This document shows, piece after piece, positions 43,111 through 58,307 of a stretch of DNA of 64,000 nucleotides. Origin of the DNA: Clostridium sp. (GTDB lineage: Bacteria; Bacteroidota; Bacteroidia; Bacteroidales; Muribaculaceae); NCBI GenBank assembly GCA_023663805.1, contig JAMPGR010000001.1, positions 156,255 to 220,254 on the forward strand, read 5' to 3'. The notes below the pieces were generated by a model. That model was given only the letters and a program-made list of their open reading frames with translations, searched no databases and was not told the DNA's origin. Numbering within the stretch: position 1 is the stretch's first letter; the number at the start of each line of letters is the position of its first letter. A program made the translations under genes and the position numbers.

Positions 43111-43554
43111 ATGGCTAAAGAAATTGCTGGACAAATCAAATTGCAGATTAAGGGTGGCGCAGCAAATCCATCACCGCCAGTCGGACCTGCCCTGGGTTCG
43201 AAGGGTATCAACATCATGGAGTTCTGCAAGCAGTTCAATGCGCGCACACAGGACAAAGGCGGCAAGATTCTTCCGGTCGTAATCACGTATTACACCGACA
43301 AGAGCTTCGACTTTGTTGTCAAGACACCCCCGGTTGCAATTCAGCTTCTCGAAGCGAGCAAACAGAAGAAAGGCTCGCGCGAGCCTAACCGAACCAAGGT
43401 TGCAGAGATAACCTGGGATCAGGTGAAGGCCATTGCCGAGGACAAGATGCCTGACCTGAACTGCTTCACGGTAGAGTCAGCGATGCGCATGGTTGCCGGA
43501 ACAGCCAGATCTATGGGTATCACCGTTAAAGGAGCATTCCCTGAAAATAACTGA
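43111..43554 (+). CDS. rplK: 50S ribosomal protein L11
   Basis: [15 protein letters not shown]...GTARSMGI. Confidence 0.99.
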   Translation: MAKEIAGQIKLQIKGGAANPSPPVGPALGSKGINIMEFCKQFNARTQDKGGKILPVVITYYTDKSFDFVVKTPPVAIQLLEASKQKKGSREPNRTKVAEITWDQVKAIAEDKMPDLNCFTVESAMRMVAGTARSMGITVKGAFPENN

Positions 43555-43569
43555 TAAACTTCAATTGAA

Positions 43570-44265
43570 ATGAGTAAACTGACGAAAAATCAACGGTCGG
43601 CTTTAGAAAAGATTGAAGCTGGGAAGAGCTACTCGCTTGCTGAGGCTGCCGCGAAGGTGAAGGAAGTTACCTACACTAAGTTCGACGCATCTCTCGACAT
43701 TGATGTCCGCCTCGGTGTTGATCCCCGTAAAGCTGACCAGATGGTGCGCGGCGTCGTCACGCTGCCCCACGGCACAGGCAAGCAGGTCAAAGTGCTTGTT
43801 CTCTGCAATCCCGATGCTGAGACCGCTGCGAAAAACGCCGGAGCTGACTATGTCGGTCTCGACGAATATATTCAGAAGATCAAAGAAGGCTGGACAGATG
43901 TCGACGTAATCATCACACAGCCCGCCCTGATGGGCAAGATCGGTACGCTCGGCCGTATCCTCGGTCCGCGCGGCCTGATGCCCAACCCTAAGAGCGGAAC
44001 TGTGACGAACGACGTTGCCCGCGCTGTCGAGGAGGTCAAGAAAGGCAAGATCGACTTCAAGGTCGACAAGAACGGTATCGTCCACTCGTCGATCGGCAAG
44101 GTCTCCTTCACCCCCGAGCAGATCCGCGACAACGCCCGCGAGTTCATCAACACGCTGATCAAACTGAAACCCGCGACCGCAAAGGGAACATATATCAAGA
44201 GCATTTATCTTTCGAGCACGATGAGCCCGAGCGTCAAGGTCGACTCGAAGACTGTCGACGAATAA
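43570..44265 (+). CDS. rplA: 50S ribosomal protein L1
   Basis: KFDAS.D...[28 protein letters not shown]. Confidence 0.99.
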   Translation: MSKLTKNQRSALEKIEAGKSYSLAEAAAKVKEVTYTKFDASLDIDVRLGVDPRKADQMVRGVVTLPHGTGKQVKVLVLCNPDAETAAKNAGADYVGLDEYIQKIKEGWTDVDVIITQPALMGKIGTLGRILGPRGLMPNPKSGTVTNDVARAVEEVKKGKIDFKVDKNGIVHSSIGKVSFTPEQIRDNAREFINTLIKLKPATAKGTYIKSIYLSSTMSPSVKVDSKTVDE

Positions 44266-44283
44266 TCCTAACCACCGACGAAA

Positions 44284-44808
44284 ATGAAAAAGGAAGATAA
44301 AGGTATTATCATCGAGCAAATTGCCAATACTCTTCGCGAGTATCCCAATTTCTATCTGGTAGAGACTGCCGGACTCGACGCCGAAAAGACAAGCGAACTT
44401 CGCCGTGCCTGCAACAAGGCCGACATCAAGCTTGTCGTGGTTAAGAACAAACTTCTTCACAAAGCCTTCGAGATGCTGGAGACCGATTATTCGGAACTCT
44501 ATCCCGCGCTCCATGGTTCGACATCGCTGATGTGTACGACCGTCGCGAACGCCCCGGCCAAACTGATCAAGGACTTTGTCAAGAAAGATGACACTCTCCC
44601 CGCGCTTAAGGGAGCATATGTAGAAGAAACTGTCTACCTCGGAGCCGACCAGCTCGATGCTCTTGTCGCTATCAAGAGCAAGAACGAACTCATTGCCGAT
44701 GTCGTCGTTCTTCTCCAGTCGCCCGCCAAGAATGTCGTTTCGGCTCTCCAGTCCGGTGCCAACAAGCTTCATGGCATTCTTGAGACACTCTCAAAAAAAG
44801 AAGCATAA
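44284..44808 (+). CDS. rplJ: 50S ribosomal protein L10
   Basis: LRRAC, VVKNKLL, LKGAYVEE and LQSPAKNVVSALQSG. Confidence 0.97.
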   Translation: MKKEDKGIIIEQIANTLREYPNFYLVETAGLDAEKTSELRRACNKADIKLVVVKNKLLHKAFEMLETDYSELYPALHGSTSLMCTTVANAPAKLIKDFVKKDDTLPALKGAYVEETVYLGADQLDALVAIKSKNELIADVVVLLQSPAKNVVSALQSGANKLHGILETLSKKEA

Positions 44809-44846
44809 CCCAACCCGAAAAAAACAACAAATAAATATCTACAAAA

Positions 44847-45221
44847 ATGGCAGATTTGAAAGCATTTGCAGAACAACTTGTTAACCTCACCGTTAAGGAA
44901 GTAAACGAACTGGCTAACATCCTGAAAGAAGAATACGGTATCGAACCCGCAGCTGCTGCTGTAGCTGTTGCCGCCGGCCCCGCTGCCGGTGCTCCCGCCG
45001 CTGAAGAGAAGACTTCGTTCGACGTAGTCCTCAAGGCTGCCGGCGCTAGCAAACTCGCTGTCGTCAAGCTCGTCAAAGAGCTGACCGGTCTCGGCCTGAA
45101 AGAGGCTAAGGAGATGGTCGACGGCGCTCCCAGCGTAATCAAGGAAGGCGTTGCCAAGGCTGATGCCGAAGGTCTCAAGAAACAGCTCGAAGAAGCAGGC
45201 GCTGAAGTCGAACTTAAATAA
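44847..45221 (+). CDS. rplL: 50S ribosomal protein L7/L12
   Basis: [32 protein letters not shown]. Confidence 0.99.
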   Translation: MADLKAFAEQLVNLTVKEVNELANILKEEYGIEPAAAAVAVAAGPAAGAPAAEEKTSFDVVLKAAGASKLAVVKLVKELTGLGLKEAKEMVDGAPSVIKEGVAKADAEGLKKQLEEAGAEVELK

Positions 45222-45244
45222 TATAACCTGTTAATCAGGTAAAT

Positions 45245-45284
45245 AGGTTAAGTATCGCCTCTCGGGTAGATACTTAACCTTTTT
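45245..45284 (+). terminator. Terminator/attenuator between rplL and rpoB
   Basis: 12-bp stem AGGTTAAGTATC / GATACTTAACCT followed by TTTT. Confidence 0.8.
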
Positions 45285-45332
45285 GTGTTATAATTTAATT
45301 TGAGTTCCTTTAACGTATTTTTCTGTTTTTAA

Positions 45333-48300
45333 ATGTCCAACACAGTAGTAAAACCCCGTGTCAACTTCGCGTCGGTTAAGAACCCGCTTCCTTATCCCGA
45401 CTTCCTCGAAGTGCAGCTCAAGTCTTTCCAGGACTTCCTGCAGCTCGACACTCCTCCGGAAAAACGAAACAACGAGGGTCTTTATAAGGTTTTTGCCGAG
45501 AACTTCCCTATTGCCGACACGCGCAATAACTTCGTCCTGGAATTTCTCGACTATTACATCGATCCTCCCCGATATACAATCGACGAATGTCTCGAGCGCG
45601 GTCTGACCTACAGCGTCCCCCTCAAGGCAAAACTCAAACTCTATTGCACCGATCCTGACCACGAGGATTTCGCAACCGTCATCCAGGATGTTTATCTCGG
45701 CGCGATTCCCTATATGACTTCCAAGGGAACGTTCGTTATCAACGGCGCCGAACGTGTTGTCGTTTCGCAACTCCACCGTTCGCCCGGTGTCTTCTTCGGA
45801 CAGAGCACCCACGCAAACGGCACGAAACTCTACTCGGCCCGAATAATCCCCTTCCGCGGCTCCTGGATCGAGTTCGCTACGGACATCAACAGCGCGATGT
45901 ATGCCTACATCGACCGTAAGAAAAAACTCCCCGTCACCGCCCTTCTGCGCGCCATCGGCCTGGAGACCGACTACGACATCATCCGCACATTCGACCTCGC
46001 TGAGGAACTCAAGGTCAACAAGACCAACCTGAAGAAAGCAATCGGCCGCCGTCTCGTTTCGAAAATCGAGCGTTCGTGGGTCGAGGACTTCGTCGACGCC
46101 GACACCGGCGAGCTGACGATGCTCGAACGCCACGAGGAGATTCTCCGCCGCGACGCTGTCATCAGCGAGGAGAACATCGACATAATCCTCGAATCGGGCG
46201 TACAGACGATTCTGATCAACAAAGAGGAGGGTACGACCAGCGACTATTCGATCATCCTGAACACCCTCGAACGCGATGAGACCCACTCCGAAAAGGACGC
46301 CATCCAGTTTATCTACCGCGCCCTGCGCAACGCCGATCCGCCGGATGACGCCAGCGCCCGCGAAGTCATCACGAACCTTTTCTTCTCGGAGAAACGCTAT
46401 GACCTCGGCGAAGTCGGCCGTTTCCGTATCAACAAGAAACTCGGTCTCGACACCCCGATGGATGTCAAGGTCCTGACTCGCGAAGATATCGTTGCGATTA
46501 TCAAATATCTAATCGAACTTATCAACTCAAAGGCCGATGTCGACGACATCGACCACCTGAGCAACCGCCGCGTCCGTACGGTCGGCGAACAACTCTACAA
46601 CCAGTTCAACGTCGGTCTGGCACGCATGTCGCGCACGATCCGCGAGCGTATGAATGTCCGCGACAACGAGGTCTTCACCCCGATCGACCTGATCAACGCA
46701 AAGACGATCTCCTCGGTCATCAACACCTTCTTCGGAACGAACGCCCTGTCGCAGTTTATGGACCAGACCAACCCTCTGGCCGAGATCACCCACAAGCGCC
46801 GTATGTCGGCCCTCGGTCCCGGCGGTCTGACCCGCGAGCGCGCCGGCTTCGAGGTCCGAGACGTCCACTACACCCACTACGGCCGTCTCTGCCCGATCGA
46901 GACCCCTGAAGGCCCGAACATCGGTCTGATCTCCTCGCTGTGTGTCTACGCCAAGATTAACGATCTCGGATTCATCGAGACCCCATACCGCGAGGTAACC
47001 GACTCGAAGGTCAACCTGAACAACAAGGAGGTCGTCTATATGACCGCCGAGATGGAAGAGGGAAAGATGATCGCACAGGGCAACGCCCCGCTGAACAACG
47101 ACGGTACATTTATCCGCGATCGTGTCAAGGCACGTCAGGACGCCGACTTCCCGATCGTTCCGCCGGCCGAGATCCAACTGATGGATGTCTCCCCGACACA
47201 GATCGCCTCGATCGCTGCATCGTTGATCCCCTTCCTCGAGCACGACGACGCAAACCGTGCCCTGATGGGATCGAACATGATGCGCCAGGCTGTTCCGCTG
47301 CTGCGCAGCGAGGCTCCGATCGTCGGCACAGGTCTCGAGGCGCAGTTGATCCGCGACTCGCGCACCCAGATCATGGCCGAGGGTGACGGCGTCATCGAAT
47401 TTGTCGACGCCCGCGTCATCCGTATCCGCTACGACCGCACCGCCGACGAGGAATTCGCCGCCTTCGAGGATGCCGTCAAGGAATATCACCTCCCGAAATT
47501 CCGCAAGACCAACCAGTCGACAACGATCGACCTCCGTCCGGTCTGCAGCAAGGGACAGCGTGTCCGCAAGGGAGAGATCCTGACCGAAGGCTACTCGACC
47601 GACAACGGCGAACTCGCCCTCGGCCGAAACCTTAAGGTCGCCTTCATGCCCTGGAAGGGATATAACTACGAGGATGCGATCGTCCTGAACGAGCGTATGG
47701 TTCGCGAGGATATCCTGACTTCGGTCCATGTCGACGAATACTCCCTCGAGGTTCGCGAGACAAAGCGCGGCATGGAGGAACTGACCAACGACATCCCGAA
47801 CGTCAGCGATGACGCGACCAAAGACCTCGACTCACGCGGCATCATCCGTATCGGCGCACATGTCGTCCCGGGCGACATCATGATCGGCAAGATCACACCG
47901 AAGGGTGAAAGCGATCCGACCCCCGAGGAGAAACTCCTCCGCGCAATCTTCGGCGACAAGGCCGGCGACGTCAAGGATGCTTCGCTCAAGGCCACACCCT
48001 CGCTCAAGGGCGTTGTCATCGGAACGAACCTCTTCACACGCGCCGCCAAGAAAAAGAAGAGCAAATCGGCCAACGCGATCCTCCCGAAACTCGACGAGGA
48101 ATATGAGGAAAAGCAGACCCGGCTGAAAGATCTTCTGGTCGGCAAACTGATGACCCTGACGGCCGAACTGACCTCCGAAGGTGTCAAGGACTTCCTCGGC
48201 TCGGACATAATCCCGAAGGGGGAACGCTTCTCGGCAGGTGTGCTCCGCGAGATAAACTACGACACCGTCAACCTGAGCAAGTGGACCGGCGACAAACACG

Positions 48301-49145
48301 CCAACGAACTGATCCGCGCGACGATCGTCAACTATCTTCGCAAATCGAAGGAAATCGAGGCCGAACTCCGCCGCAAGAAATTCGACATCTCGATCGGCGA
48401 CGATCTCCCCTCGGGAATCATGCAGATGGCGAAAGTCTATATCGCCAAGAAGCGCAAAATCAGTGTCGGCGACAAGATGGCAGGCCGCCACGGCAACAAG
48501 GGTATCGTCTCGCGAATTGTCCGCCAGGAGGATATGCCCTTCCTCGCCGACGGAACCCCGGTCGACATCTGTCTAAACCCGCTGGGTGTGCCTTCGCGAA
48601 TGAACCTCGGCCAGATCTTCGAGACCGTTCTCGGATGGGCCGGACGCGAACTCGGCGAGAAATTCGCGACACCGATCTTCGATGGCGCGTCGCTCGACGA
48701 CCTGAACGAATGGACCGACAAGGCCGGCCTGCCGCGCTACGGCAAGACCTACCTCTACGACGGCGGCACGGGCGAACGCTTCGACCAGCCCGCGACGGTC
48801 GGTGTCATCTACATGCTGAAACTCGGCCATATGGTCGAGGACAAGATGCATGCCCGTTCAATCGGCCCGTACTCTCTGATCACCCAGCAGCCCCTCGGCG
48901 GCAAGGCCCAGTTCGGCGGCCAGCGATTCGGAGAGATGGAGGTCTGGGCGCTCGAAGCCTTCGGCGCCTCCCACATCCTCCAGGAGATCCTGACGATCAA
49001 GAGCGACGACGTGACCGGCCGCAGCAAGGCCTACGAAGCAATCGTCAAGGGCGAGCCGATGCCCCCGGCCGGCATCCCCGAATCGCTCAACGTCCTTCTC
49101 CACGAGCTGCGCGGTCTCGGCCTGAGTATCAACCTCGAACAATAA
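45333..49145 (+). CDS. rpoB: RNA polymerase beta subunit
   Basis: [43 protein letters not shown] and [15 protein letters not shown]. Confidence 0.99.
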   Translation: MSNTVVKPRVNFASVKNPLPYPDFLEVQLKSFQDFLQLDTPPEKRNNEGLYKVFAENFPIADTRNNFVLEFLDYYIDPPRYTIDECLERGLTYSVPLKAKLKLYCTDPDHEDFATVIQDVYLGAIPYMTSKGTFVINGAERVVVSQLHRSPGVFFGQSTHANGTKLYSARIIPFRGSWIEFATDINSAMYAYIDRKKKLPVTALLRAIGLETDYDIIRTFDLAEELKVNKTNLKKAIGRRLVSKIERSWVEDFVDADTGELTMLERHEEILRRDAVISEENIDIILESGVQTILINKEEGTTSDYSIILNTLERDETHSEKDAIQFIYRALRNADPPDDASAREVITNLFFSEKRYDLGEVGRFRINKKLGLDTPMDVKVLTREDIVAIIKYLIELINSKADVDDIDHLSNRRVRTVGEQLYNQFNVGLARMSRTIRERMNVRDNEVFTPIDLINAKTISSVINTFFGTNALSQFMDQTNPLAEITHKRRMSALGPGGLTRERAGFEVRDVHYTHYGRLCPIETPEGPNIGLISSLCVYAKINDLGFIETPYREVTDSKVNLNNKEVVYMTAEMEEGKMIAQGNAPLNNDGTFIRDRVKARQDADFPIVPPAEIQLMDVSPTQIASIAASLIPFLEHDDANRALMGSNMMRQAVPLLRSEAPIVGTGLEAQLIRDSRTQIMAEGDGVIEFVDARVIRIRYDRTADEEFAAFEDAVKEYHLPKFRKTNQSTTIDLRPVCSKGQRVRKGEILTEGYSTDNGELALGRNLKVAFMPWKGYNYEDAIVLNERMVREDILTSVHVDEYSLEVRETKRGMEELTNDIPNVSDDATKDLDSRGIIRIGAHVVPGDIMIGKITPKGESDPTPEEKLLRAIFGDKAGDVKDASLKATPSLKGVVIGTNLFTRAAKKKKSKSANAILPKLDEEYEEKQTRLKDLLVGKLMTLTAELTSEGVKDFLGSDIIPKGERFSAGVLREINYDTVNLSKWTGDKHANELIRATIVNYLRKSKEIEAELRRKKFDISIGDDLPSGIMQMAKVYIAKKRKISVGDKMAGRHGNKGIVSRIVRQEDMPFLADGTPVDICLNPLGVPSRMNLGQIFETVLGWAGRELGEKFATPIFDGASLDDLNEWTDKAGLPRYGKTYLYDGGTGERFDQPATVGVIYMLKLGHMVEDKMHARSIGPYSLITQQPLGGKAQFGGQRFGEMEVWALEAFGASHILQEILTIKSDDVTGRSKAYEAIVKGEPMPPAGIPESLNVLLHELRGLGLSINLEQ

Positions 49146-49190
49146 CAGTCAGTTACAATACATATCTCCCTCTGATATCCAATATATAAA

Positions 49191-53519
<4,329 letters not shown>

Positions 53520-53546
53520 TCTTCCGGTCAACAAAGAATAACGGCA

Positions 53547-53595
53547 ATTCCGCCCCGCTGTCCGCCTGTCGGACAGCGGGGCGGAATCTATTTTG
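53547..53595 (+). terminator. Terminator after rpoC
   Basis: 18-bp perfect stem ATTCCGCCCCGCTGTCCG / CGGACAGCGGGGCGGAAT followed by CTATTTT. Confidence 0.85.
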
Positions 53596-53704
53596 GAGCA
53601 AAAGTTGAAAATGCCACTTTAAAAAAACATAACGCGGCTTGTTGAGAGGGATAAACCGCTATATTTGGCGGAAATATCTGGAACCTGTATAAATCACATG
53701 GCTT

Positions 53705-54652
53705 ATGAAACAACGAATCATCCTGGCAGTCACTCTCCTGCTCTCGGTCGCGCTGCTTTCGGTTGCTGCCGACAAAGAGAAGAAATTCCGCAAACTGGTC
53801 GAACGCTATGACCTGACAGACTCTGCCCGACTCTGCCCCGCAGGCTCGCCGGCCGAGTTCTGGAACCTCGCGATGTCGACCGACGCCGAACTGACCGACT
53901 TCGACAAAGATATCTCCCGCAAGGGGGGAGCCCAGAAAGAGGCCCGCGAGGAAATCGCGTCGACCCCGCGCCTATATCCCGAGTACAGCGAGGCCATCGA
54001 CCGCGGCGTCCAGGCCTGGTGTGACAGCCTGATCGCGACGACCGACAGCGCCTACGCCGTCTGCGTCACCTCAGCCCTGTTCAACCATCCCGGTCTCGAC
54101 GACGATATGCTGAAGGCCCTTGTTGTCGGCGAATTTGTCCACGGTCTCTGGCGCCACCCGCTCCAGCGCTTCTTCGACGACGCCCGAAAGAAACGGAGCG
54201 ACCGCCTCTGGGGGTCTGTCGCTGTCGCGGGACTGTTTGCGGCCGATGTCGCTCTCGCCGCCGAGGCAAACCGCCGCGGCATCCGTCCGCTTCCATACGA
54301 CGATATCGACGTGACGGTCAATATCGAACAGAAAGCCCCAACGCCCCCGGGATTCCTTTTCGAGAAAGACCAGGTCTATCAGGCCGACCTGATTGCCTAC
54401 CGGTTCATGGAATGGGCCGGCAAGCCCGAGGCCTATGTCCGGGGGCTGAAACTTCTCGGCTCGGGATATGACTCTATGTATCAGGCCGCCGGCATCGAAG
54501 ACTATCCGACCCTGACGTCGCGTATCAACTTCATCAACTACGTCGCCTCGAATCCCGAGATGGGGAACAAACGCGACCGCGAGCGCCGCGTCAAGGCGAT
54601 GCTGAGCGCCCAGGAGAAGGAGCAGATCAAGCAGATCCGCCGCCGCCGGTAG
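53705..54652 (+). CDS. Secreted protein with degenerate M48-metallopeptidase-like region
   Basis: Signal peptide; ALVVGEFVHGLWRH at the expected HExxH position; YQADLIAYRFMEWAG and YPTLTSRI resemble the M48 C-terminal motifs. Confidence 0.5.
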   Translation: MKQRIILAVTLLLSVALLSVAADKEKKFRKLVERYDLTDSARLCPAGSPAEFWNLAMSTDAELTDFDKDISRKGGAQKEAREEIASTPRLYPEYSEAIDRGVQAWCDSLIATTDSAYAVCVTSALFNHPGLDDDMLKALVVGEFVHGLWRHPLQRFFDDARKKRSDRLWGSVAVAGLFAADVALAAEANRRGIRPLPYDDIDVTVNIEQKAPTPPGFLFEKDQVYQADLIAYRFMEWAGKPEAYVRGLKLLGSGYDSMYQAAGIEDYPTLTSRINFINYVASNPEMGNKRDRERRVKAMLSAQEKEQIKQIRRRR

Positions 54653-55574
54653 AGTTCGGAACGCTGCATCCGTCGACCGGAATCCCGCAGTTCAGCGGCT
54701 CCATGTGGATGTTTATGATCGCGTCCTGGCCGTAGCGGGCGCGTATGGCCCGTTCGGCGGCGCTCGCTTTGGCGTGTGCATCGTTGAGCGTCATAGTGCC
54801 GTCCATTTTCGCGTGGAGGTCGACGGCAATCGCGTTACCGACGCGTCGCGTCCTGAGATTGTGGACCTGCTCGATTCCGTCGACCTCGAGAACGAGGTCG
54901 ACGATAGCGATCTGGTCCTTGCGCGGCAGAGAGCCCTCGAGCAATTCGTTGATCGAGGGCTTCATTATATCCCAGCCGCTCTTTATGATGAAGAGACTGA
55001 CGACAACTGCCGCGATCGGGTCGAGGATACGCCAGCGGTTGCCGAGGAACATCGCTCCGGCGATGCCGGCGAGAGTACCCGCCGATGAGATCGCGTCGCT
55101 GCGGTGGTGCCAGGCGTTGGCGACGACCGCCTGCGACGAAACCCTCTGTCCGGCGCGGAGCGTGTAGTGGTAGAGCCACTCCTTCGAGACGATCGAGACC
55201 AGAGCGACGACCAGGGCAATCATCCCCGGGCAGGGGAGCATCTCCCCTTTCAGGCTCGCGACAATCCGCGAGATTCCGTCGACCATCAGGCCGAGTCCGG
55301 CGAGAATCAGGATGATTCCGATGATCATCGTGGCGAACGTCTCGTATTTGCCGTGGCCATACTCGTGGGATGCGTCGCGGGGCTTCGAGGCGACCTTGAC
55401 GAAGACGATGACAATCACGTCGGTCACGAAGTCTGAAAGCGAATGGACGGCGTCGGCGACCATCGCCGAACTGCGTCCGGCGATGCCTGCTACGAACTTC
55501 AGGACGATCAGCATGAAATTGACGGCCGATCCGGTCAGGGTGACCCGGTATATGGTACGTTCGCGGTCTTTCAT
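54627..55574 (-). CDS. Cation diffusion facilitator (FieF/CzcD-like)
   Basis: SAMVADAVHSLSD, YGHGKYE, ANAWHHRSD, VHNLRTRRVG and IHMEP. Confidence 0.93.
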   Translation of the reverse strand: MKDRERTIYRVTLTGSAVNFMLIVLKFVAGIAGRSSAMVADAVHSLSDFVTDVIVIVFVKVASKPRDASHEYGHGKYETFATMIIGIILILAGLGLMVDGISRIVASLKGEMLPCPGMIALVVALVSIVSKEWLYHYTLRAGQRVSSQAVVANAWHHRSDAISSAGTLAGIAGAMFLGNRWRILDPIAAVVVSLFIIKSGWDIMKPSINELLEGSLPRKDQIAIVDLVLEVDGIEQVHNLRTRRVGNAIAVDLHAKMDGTMTLNDAHAKASAAERAIRARYGQDAIINIHMEPLNCGIPVDGCSVPNSTGGGGSA

Positions 55575-55602
55575 GGGCTCTGGGGCGGGGTGCCGGGGAA
55601 TA

Positions 55603-56535
55603 TCAGGATAAGACGAAAGTAACGACGAAAAACAACAGGGTGTAGAGCAGAACGTTGACGGCCGTCATCCCGAGCAGGGGGTTGAGCTTTTCGGGGCGGA
55701 GCGAGGTCAGACGCCACCACAAGACGCTGTGGACAACGAGGTAGAGAGCTGGAACAAACCAGGTCGCAATCCCGAATGACCACCATGTGTGGGCCATCAG
55801 CGCCGCTCCGAAATAGCCGTTTGTCAGATAACAGCCCGACATCGCCCGTCGTCCGAGAATGACCGCGAGGGTCTTTTTCCCGACAGCCTTGTCGTCGTCG
55901 CGGTCGCGGTAGTTGTTGACGATCAAGACGTTCGAGATCATCAAACCGAGCCCGACCGATGCCAGGGCAACCCATAGATTCCAGCCGCCGGACTGGAGAT
56001 AGAAGGTCAGGTTGACCGGAATAATCCCGAAAAAGAGCATGACGGCGACCTCGCCCAGGCCGTGGCGCGACAGCGGAAAGGGTCCGGCGCTGTAGGCGAA
56101 CACTCCGAGAGCGATGACTGCCCCGGCGAAAATCAGCCACCATCCGCCGAAGAGGATCAGCAGCGAACCGATTGCGCAGGCGACGGCGAGCGTTATGAAG
56201 GTCGCGTTGCGCATCTCCGCCGGAGTTATGTCGCCCTCGGTCACGCCGCGGCGCGGACCGATACGCCCCGGGCGGTCGAGACCGGCGCGGAAGTCGTAGT
56301 ATTCGTTTGCGAAATTCGAGGCGATTTGTGCCGTCACGGCGAAGAGAAGGCAGAGCAGGGCGGGAACCCAGCAGAAACAGCCGTAGGCGACGGCGTAGCC
56401 CGAGGCGAGCAGAACTCCGGCGACGGAGACCGGGAGCGTCCTGAGACGCATGGCTTCGATCCAGGCCCGGACCGGGGCCGGGTGTGAGCCGGACAGCGGC
56501 CGGCTGTCGTGCGGGAGGTTATTGTCGTTTGTCAT
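55603..56535 (-). CDS. menA: 1,4-dihydroxy-2-naphthoate prenyltransferase
   Basis: AMRLRTLPVSV, QIASNFANEYYDFRAG.D, YSAGPFPL and NNYRDRDDD..VGKKTLAV. Confidence 0.93.
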   Translation of the reverse strand: MTNDNNLPHDSRPLSGSHPAPVRAWIEAMRLRTLPVSVAGVLLASGYAVAYGCFCWVPALLCLLFAVTAQIASNFANEYYDFRAGLDRPGRIGPRRGVTEGDITPAEMRNATFITLAVACAIGSLLILFGGWWLIFAGAVIALGVFAYSAGPFPLSRHGLGEVAVMLFFGIIPVNLTFYLQSGGWNLWVALASVGLGLMISNVLIVNNYRDRDDDKAVGKKTLAVILGRRAMSGCYLTNGYFGAALMAHTWWSFGIATWFVPALYLVVHSVLWWRLTSLRPEKLNPLLGMTAVNVLLYTLLFFVVTFVLS

Positions 56536-58307
56536 TTTTGTTTGTTCGGTTTGTTGTTTGGTCTGTTTGCGCGGCGGCGGTGCGATTTGAACCCGCGGTG
56601 GCGGTCGGCGCGGCTGGCCGGTTCGTCGCCGGAGAATCGTCGCCGGTTTCGGGTGGAGGGTTTGAAATGGGGGTGTTTCGGCGACTGCGGTTCGTTAGGC
56701 TGCGGCTCCGCTTCGGACCCGGGGGGAGTGTCGGCCGCCGGTCCGGCGGGAGATTCGGCCTGGGGGGAGTCCTCTCCGGGAAGAAGCCCGAAACAGCGGA
56801 GCACGGCCCGGCGTATGCGCTCGGCCGGCTCTCCGTCGCGGCGCAGGATCGCGAGGATCGCGCCGACATATTCGTCGCGTCCGCCGGCGATACCGCAGAG
56901 TTGGGCGACATTGCTCGACGACACCATCGATTTCTGGTTGAAGACTCGGAGTATAGAGTTGTAGTCTCTCGTCTCGGCGTAGCGCCGGAACTCGCGGCAG
57001 TAGTTTTCGTAGAGCCCGCGGGCGTTCAGTTCGATCATCAGTTGTTCGAGATGCTGCTCGAGCATATTGATGTCTGAGAACCGTCCGTCAGTCCGGTATT
57101 CCATGAAACGCTTGACGCGGTGGCGCGTATGCTGGAGCGCCTGCTGGTGGACATTGGCCTTGAAGAGGTTGACGATTGTCCGGCTGACATGACTGAAGAC
57201 CGAGTCCTCGTTTTTCCCGTTCGAGGCGGCGACGGTCCGGACAACCTCCTCGAGCATCAGTATATTTTCGATTTCGGCAACCTCCGGAACGAAGATCTTC
57301 TTCCGGCGGAGATATTCGACCTCGCCGGCGTCGCGTCGATCGCGGTCGACGATACCGTGGGAGTCGAGATGGTGGAAGGTCGCCAGGTCGTTGAAGGTCC
57401 TCGTCGACTCGATTACCTTGTTGCAACTGCCGAGGGGCTGTACGGTGTAGTCCTCGAAAATCAGCGGATAGAGTTTCGCGTCGATAGAGCGTTCGGCGTC
57501 TCCTTCGATAAACAGGATCGGTTTCCGGCTGCCGAGGATGGCGAGGTAGACCTGGTCGGGGATGACGCCGTTATGGGGGAGGATGTCGTAGTCCCAGGTC
57601 ATCGAGGCGATATCGCAGTCGCGCACCCAGACGATCGGGGCCCCGGTCCGTGAGACTGCGAATTCGAGGTCGTGGGTGACGTAGACGAACGTGCAGTCGG
57701 GGCGTGTCAGTTCGAGGCGGTTCCAGAGCGAGGCGGTCAGCGACGGATGGAGAAACATGTCGGGGTTGTCGACGAAGATGATGCTTTTCGGCCGAGCGTA
57801 ATAGATCGCGGCGAGATAGTAGAGCACAGCCTTCTCTCCCGTAGAGAGTCTCAGCGAGGAGTAGGAGCCGGTGTCGTCGCCGCGGCCGAACAGAATCTTT
57901 CCGCTCTCGATCAGGACGCGGTTGTCGGGGAAGACCTCCTGCCAGTGGGTCATGACGTGGTCCAGAGGAGTGCCTCCGATCGAGGCTCCGGGGAATTCGT
58001 CGCGGTTGAATTTGTAGGTCAGCAGGTTTATCATTTCGTCGTGCATCAGCCGCTGGAGAAGATCCTCGAGATCCGGCTGGCGTGTCGAGGTCGCGTTAGG
58101 GCTGGTCGCGTGGTTATCGTCGCCGAAGATCGCGTGGAGCGCCGAGACGCGGTATGAGTTCGGCGCGGCGTCGTCGGCCGCGCGCCGTGCGAAGCGGGTC
58201 TTGCCGGCGCCGTTGGCGCCGATGATGACCAGGCGTCCCGTTGCGGGGGTTATGACCAGGGGGTCCCCCTGGCGTCGCGGCGGGAGGGTAATGGTCCGGG
58301 GGGTCAT
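56532..58307 (-). CDS. ABC/AAA_21-type ATPase fused to DUF4435 (TOPRIM-like) domain
   Basis: Probable start MTPRT at 58307. Walker A GANGAGKT, signature LSTGEK, Walker B IIFVDNPD, H-loop YVTHD; then FIEGD, PLGSCNKVI, GIVDRD and EIEN. Confidence 0.82.
   Translation of the reverse strand: MTPRTITLPPRRQGDPLVITPATGRLVIIGANGAGKTRFARRAADDAAPNSYRVSALHAIFGDDNHATSPNATSTRQPDLEDLLQRLMHDEMINLLTYKFNRDEFPGASIGGTPLDHVMTHWQEVFPDNRVLIESGKILFGRGDDTGSYSSLRLSTGEKAVLYYLAAIYYARPKSIIFVDNPDMFLHPSLTASLWNRLELTRPDCTFVYVTHDLEFAVSRTGAPIVWVRDCDIASMTWDYDILPHNGVIPDQVYLAILGSRKPILFIEGDAERSIDAKLYPLIFEDYTVQPLGSCNKVIESTRTFNDLATFHHLDSHGIVDRDRRDAGEVEYLRRKKIFVPEVAEIENILMLEEVVRTVAASNGKNEDSVFSHVSRTIVNLFKANVHQQALQHTRHRVKRFMEYRTDGRFSDINMLEQHLEQLMIELNARGLYENYCREFRRYAETRDYNSILRVFNQKSMVSSSNVAQLCGIAGGRDEYVGAILAILRRDGEPAERIRRAVLRCFGLLPGEDSPQAESPAGPAADTPPGSEAEPQPNEPQSPKHPHFKPSTRNRRRFSGDEPASRADRHRGFKSHRRRANRPNNKPNKQK

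Noticed and set aside
44266-44283. L10 leader autoregulatory RNA
   Set aside because: Only 18 nt separate rplA and rplJ, too short for the structure.
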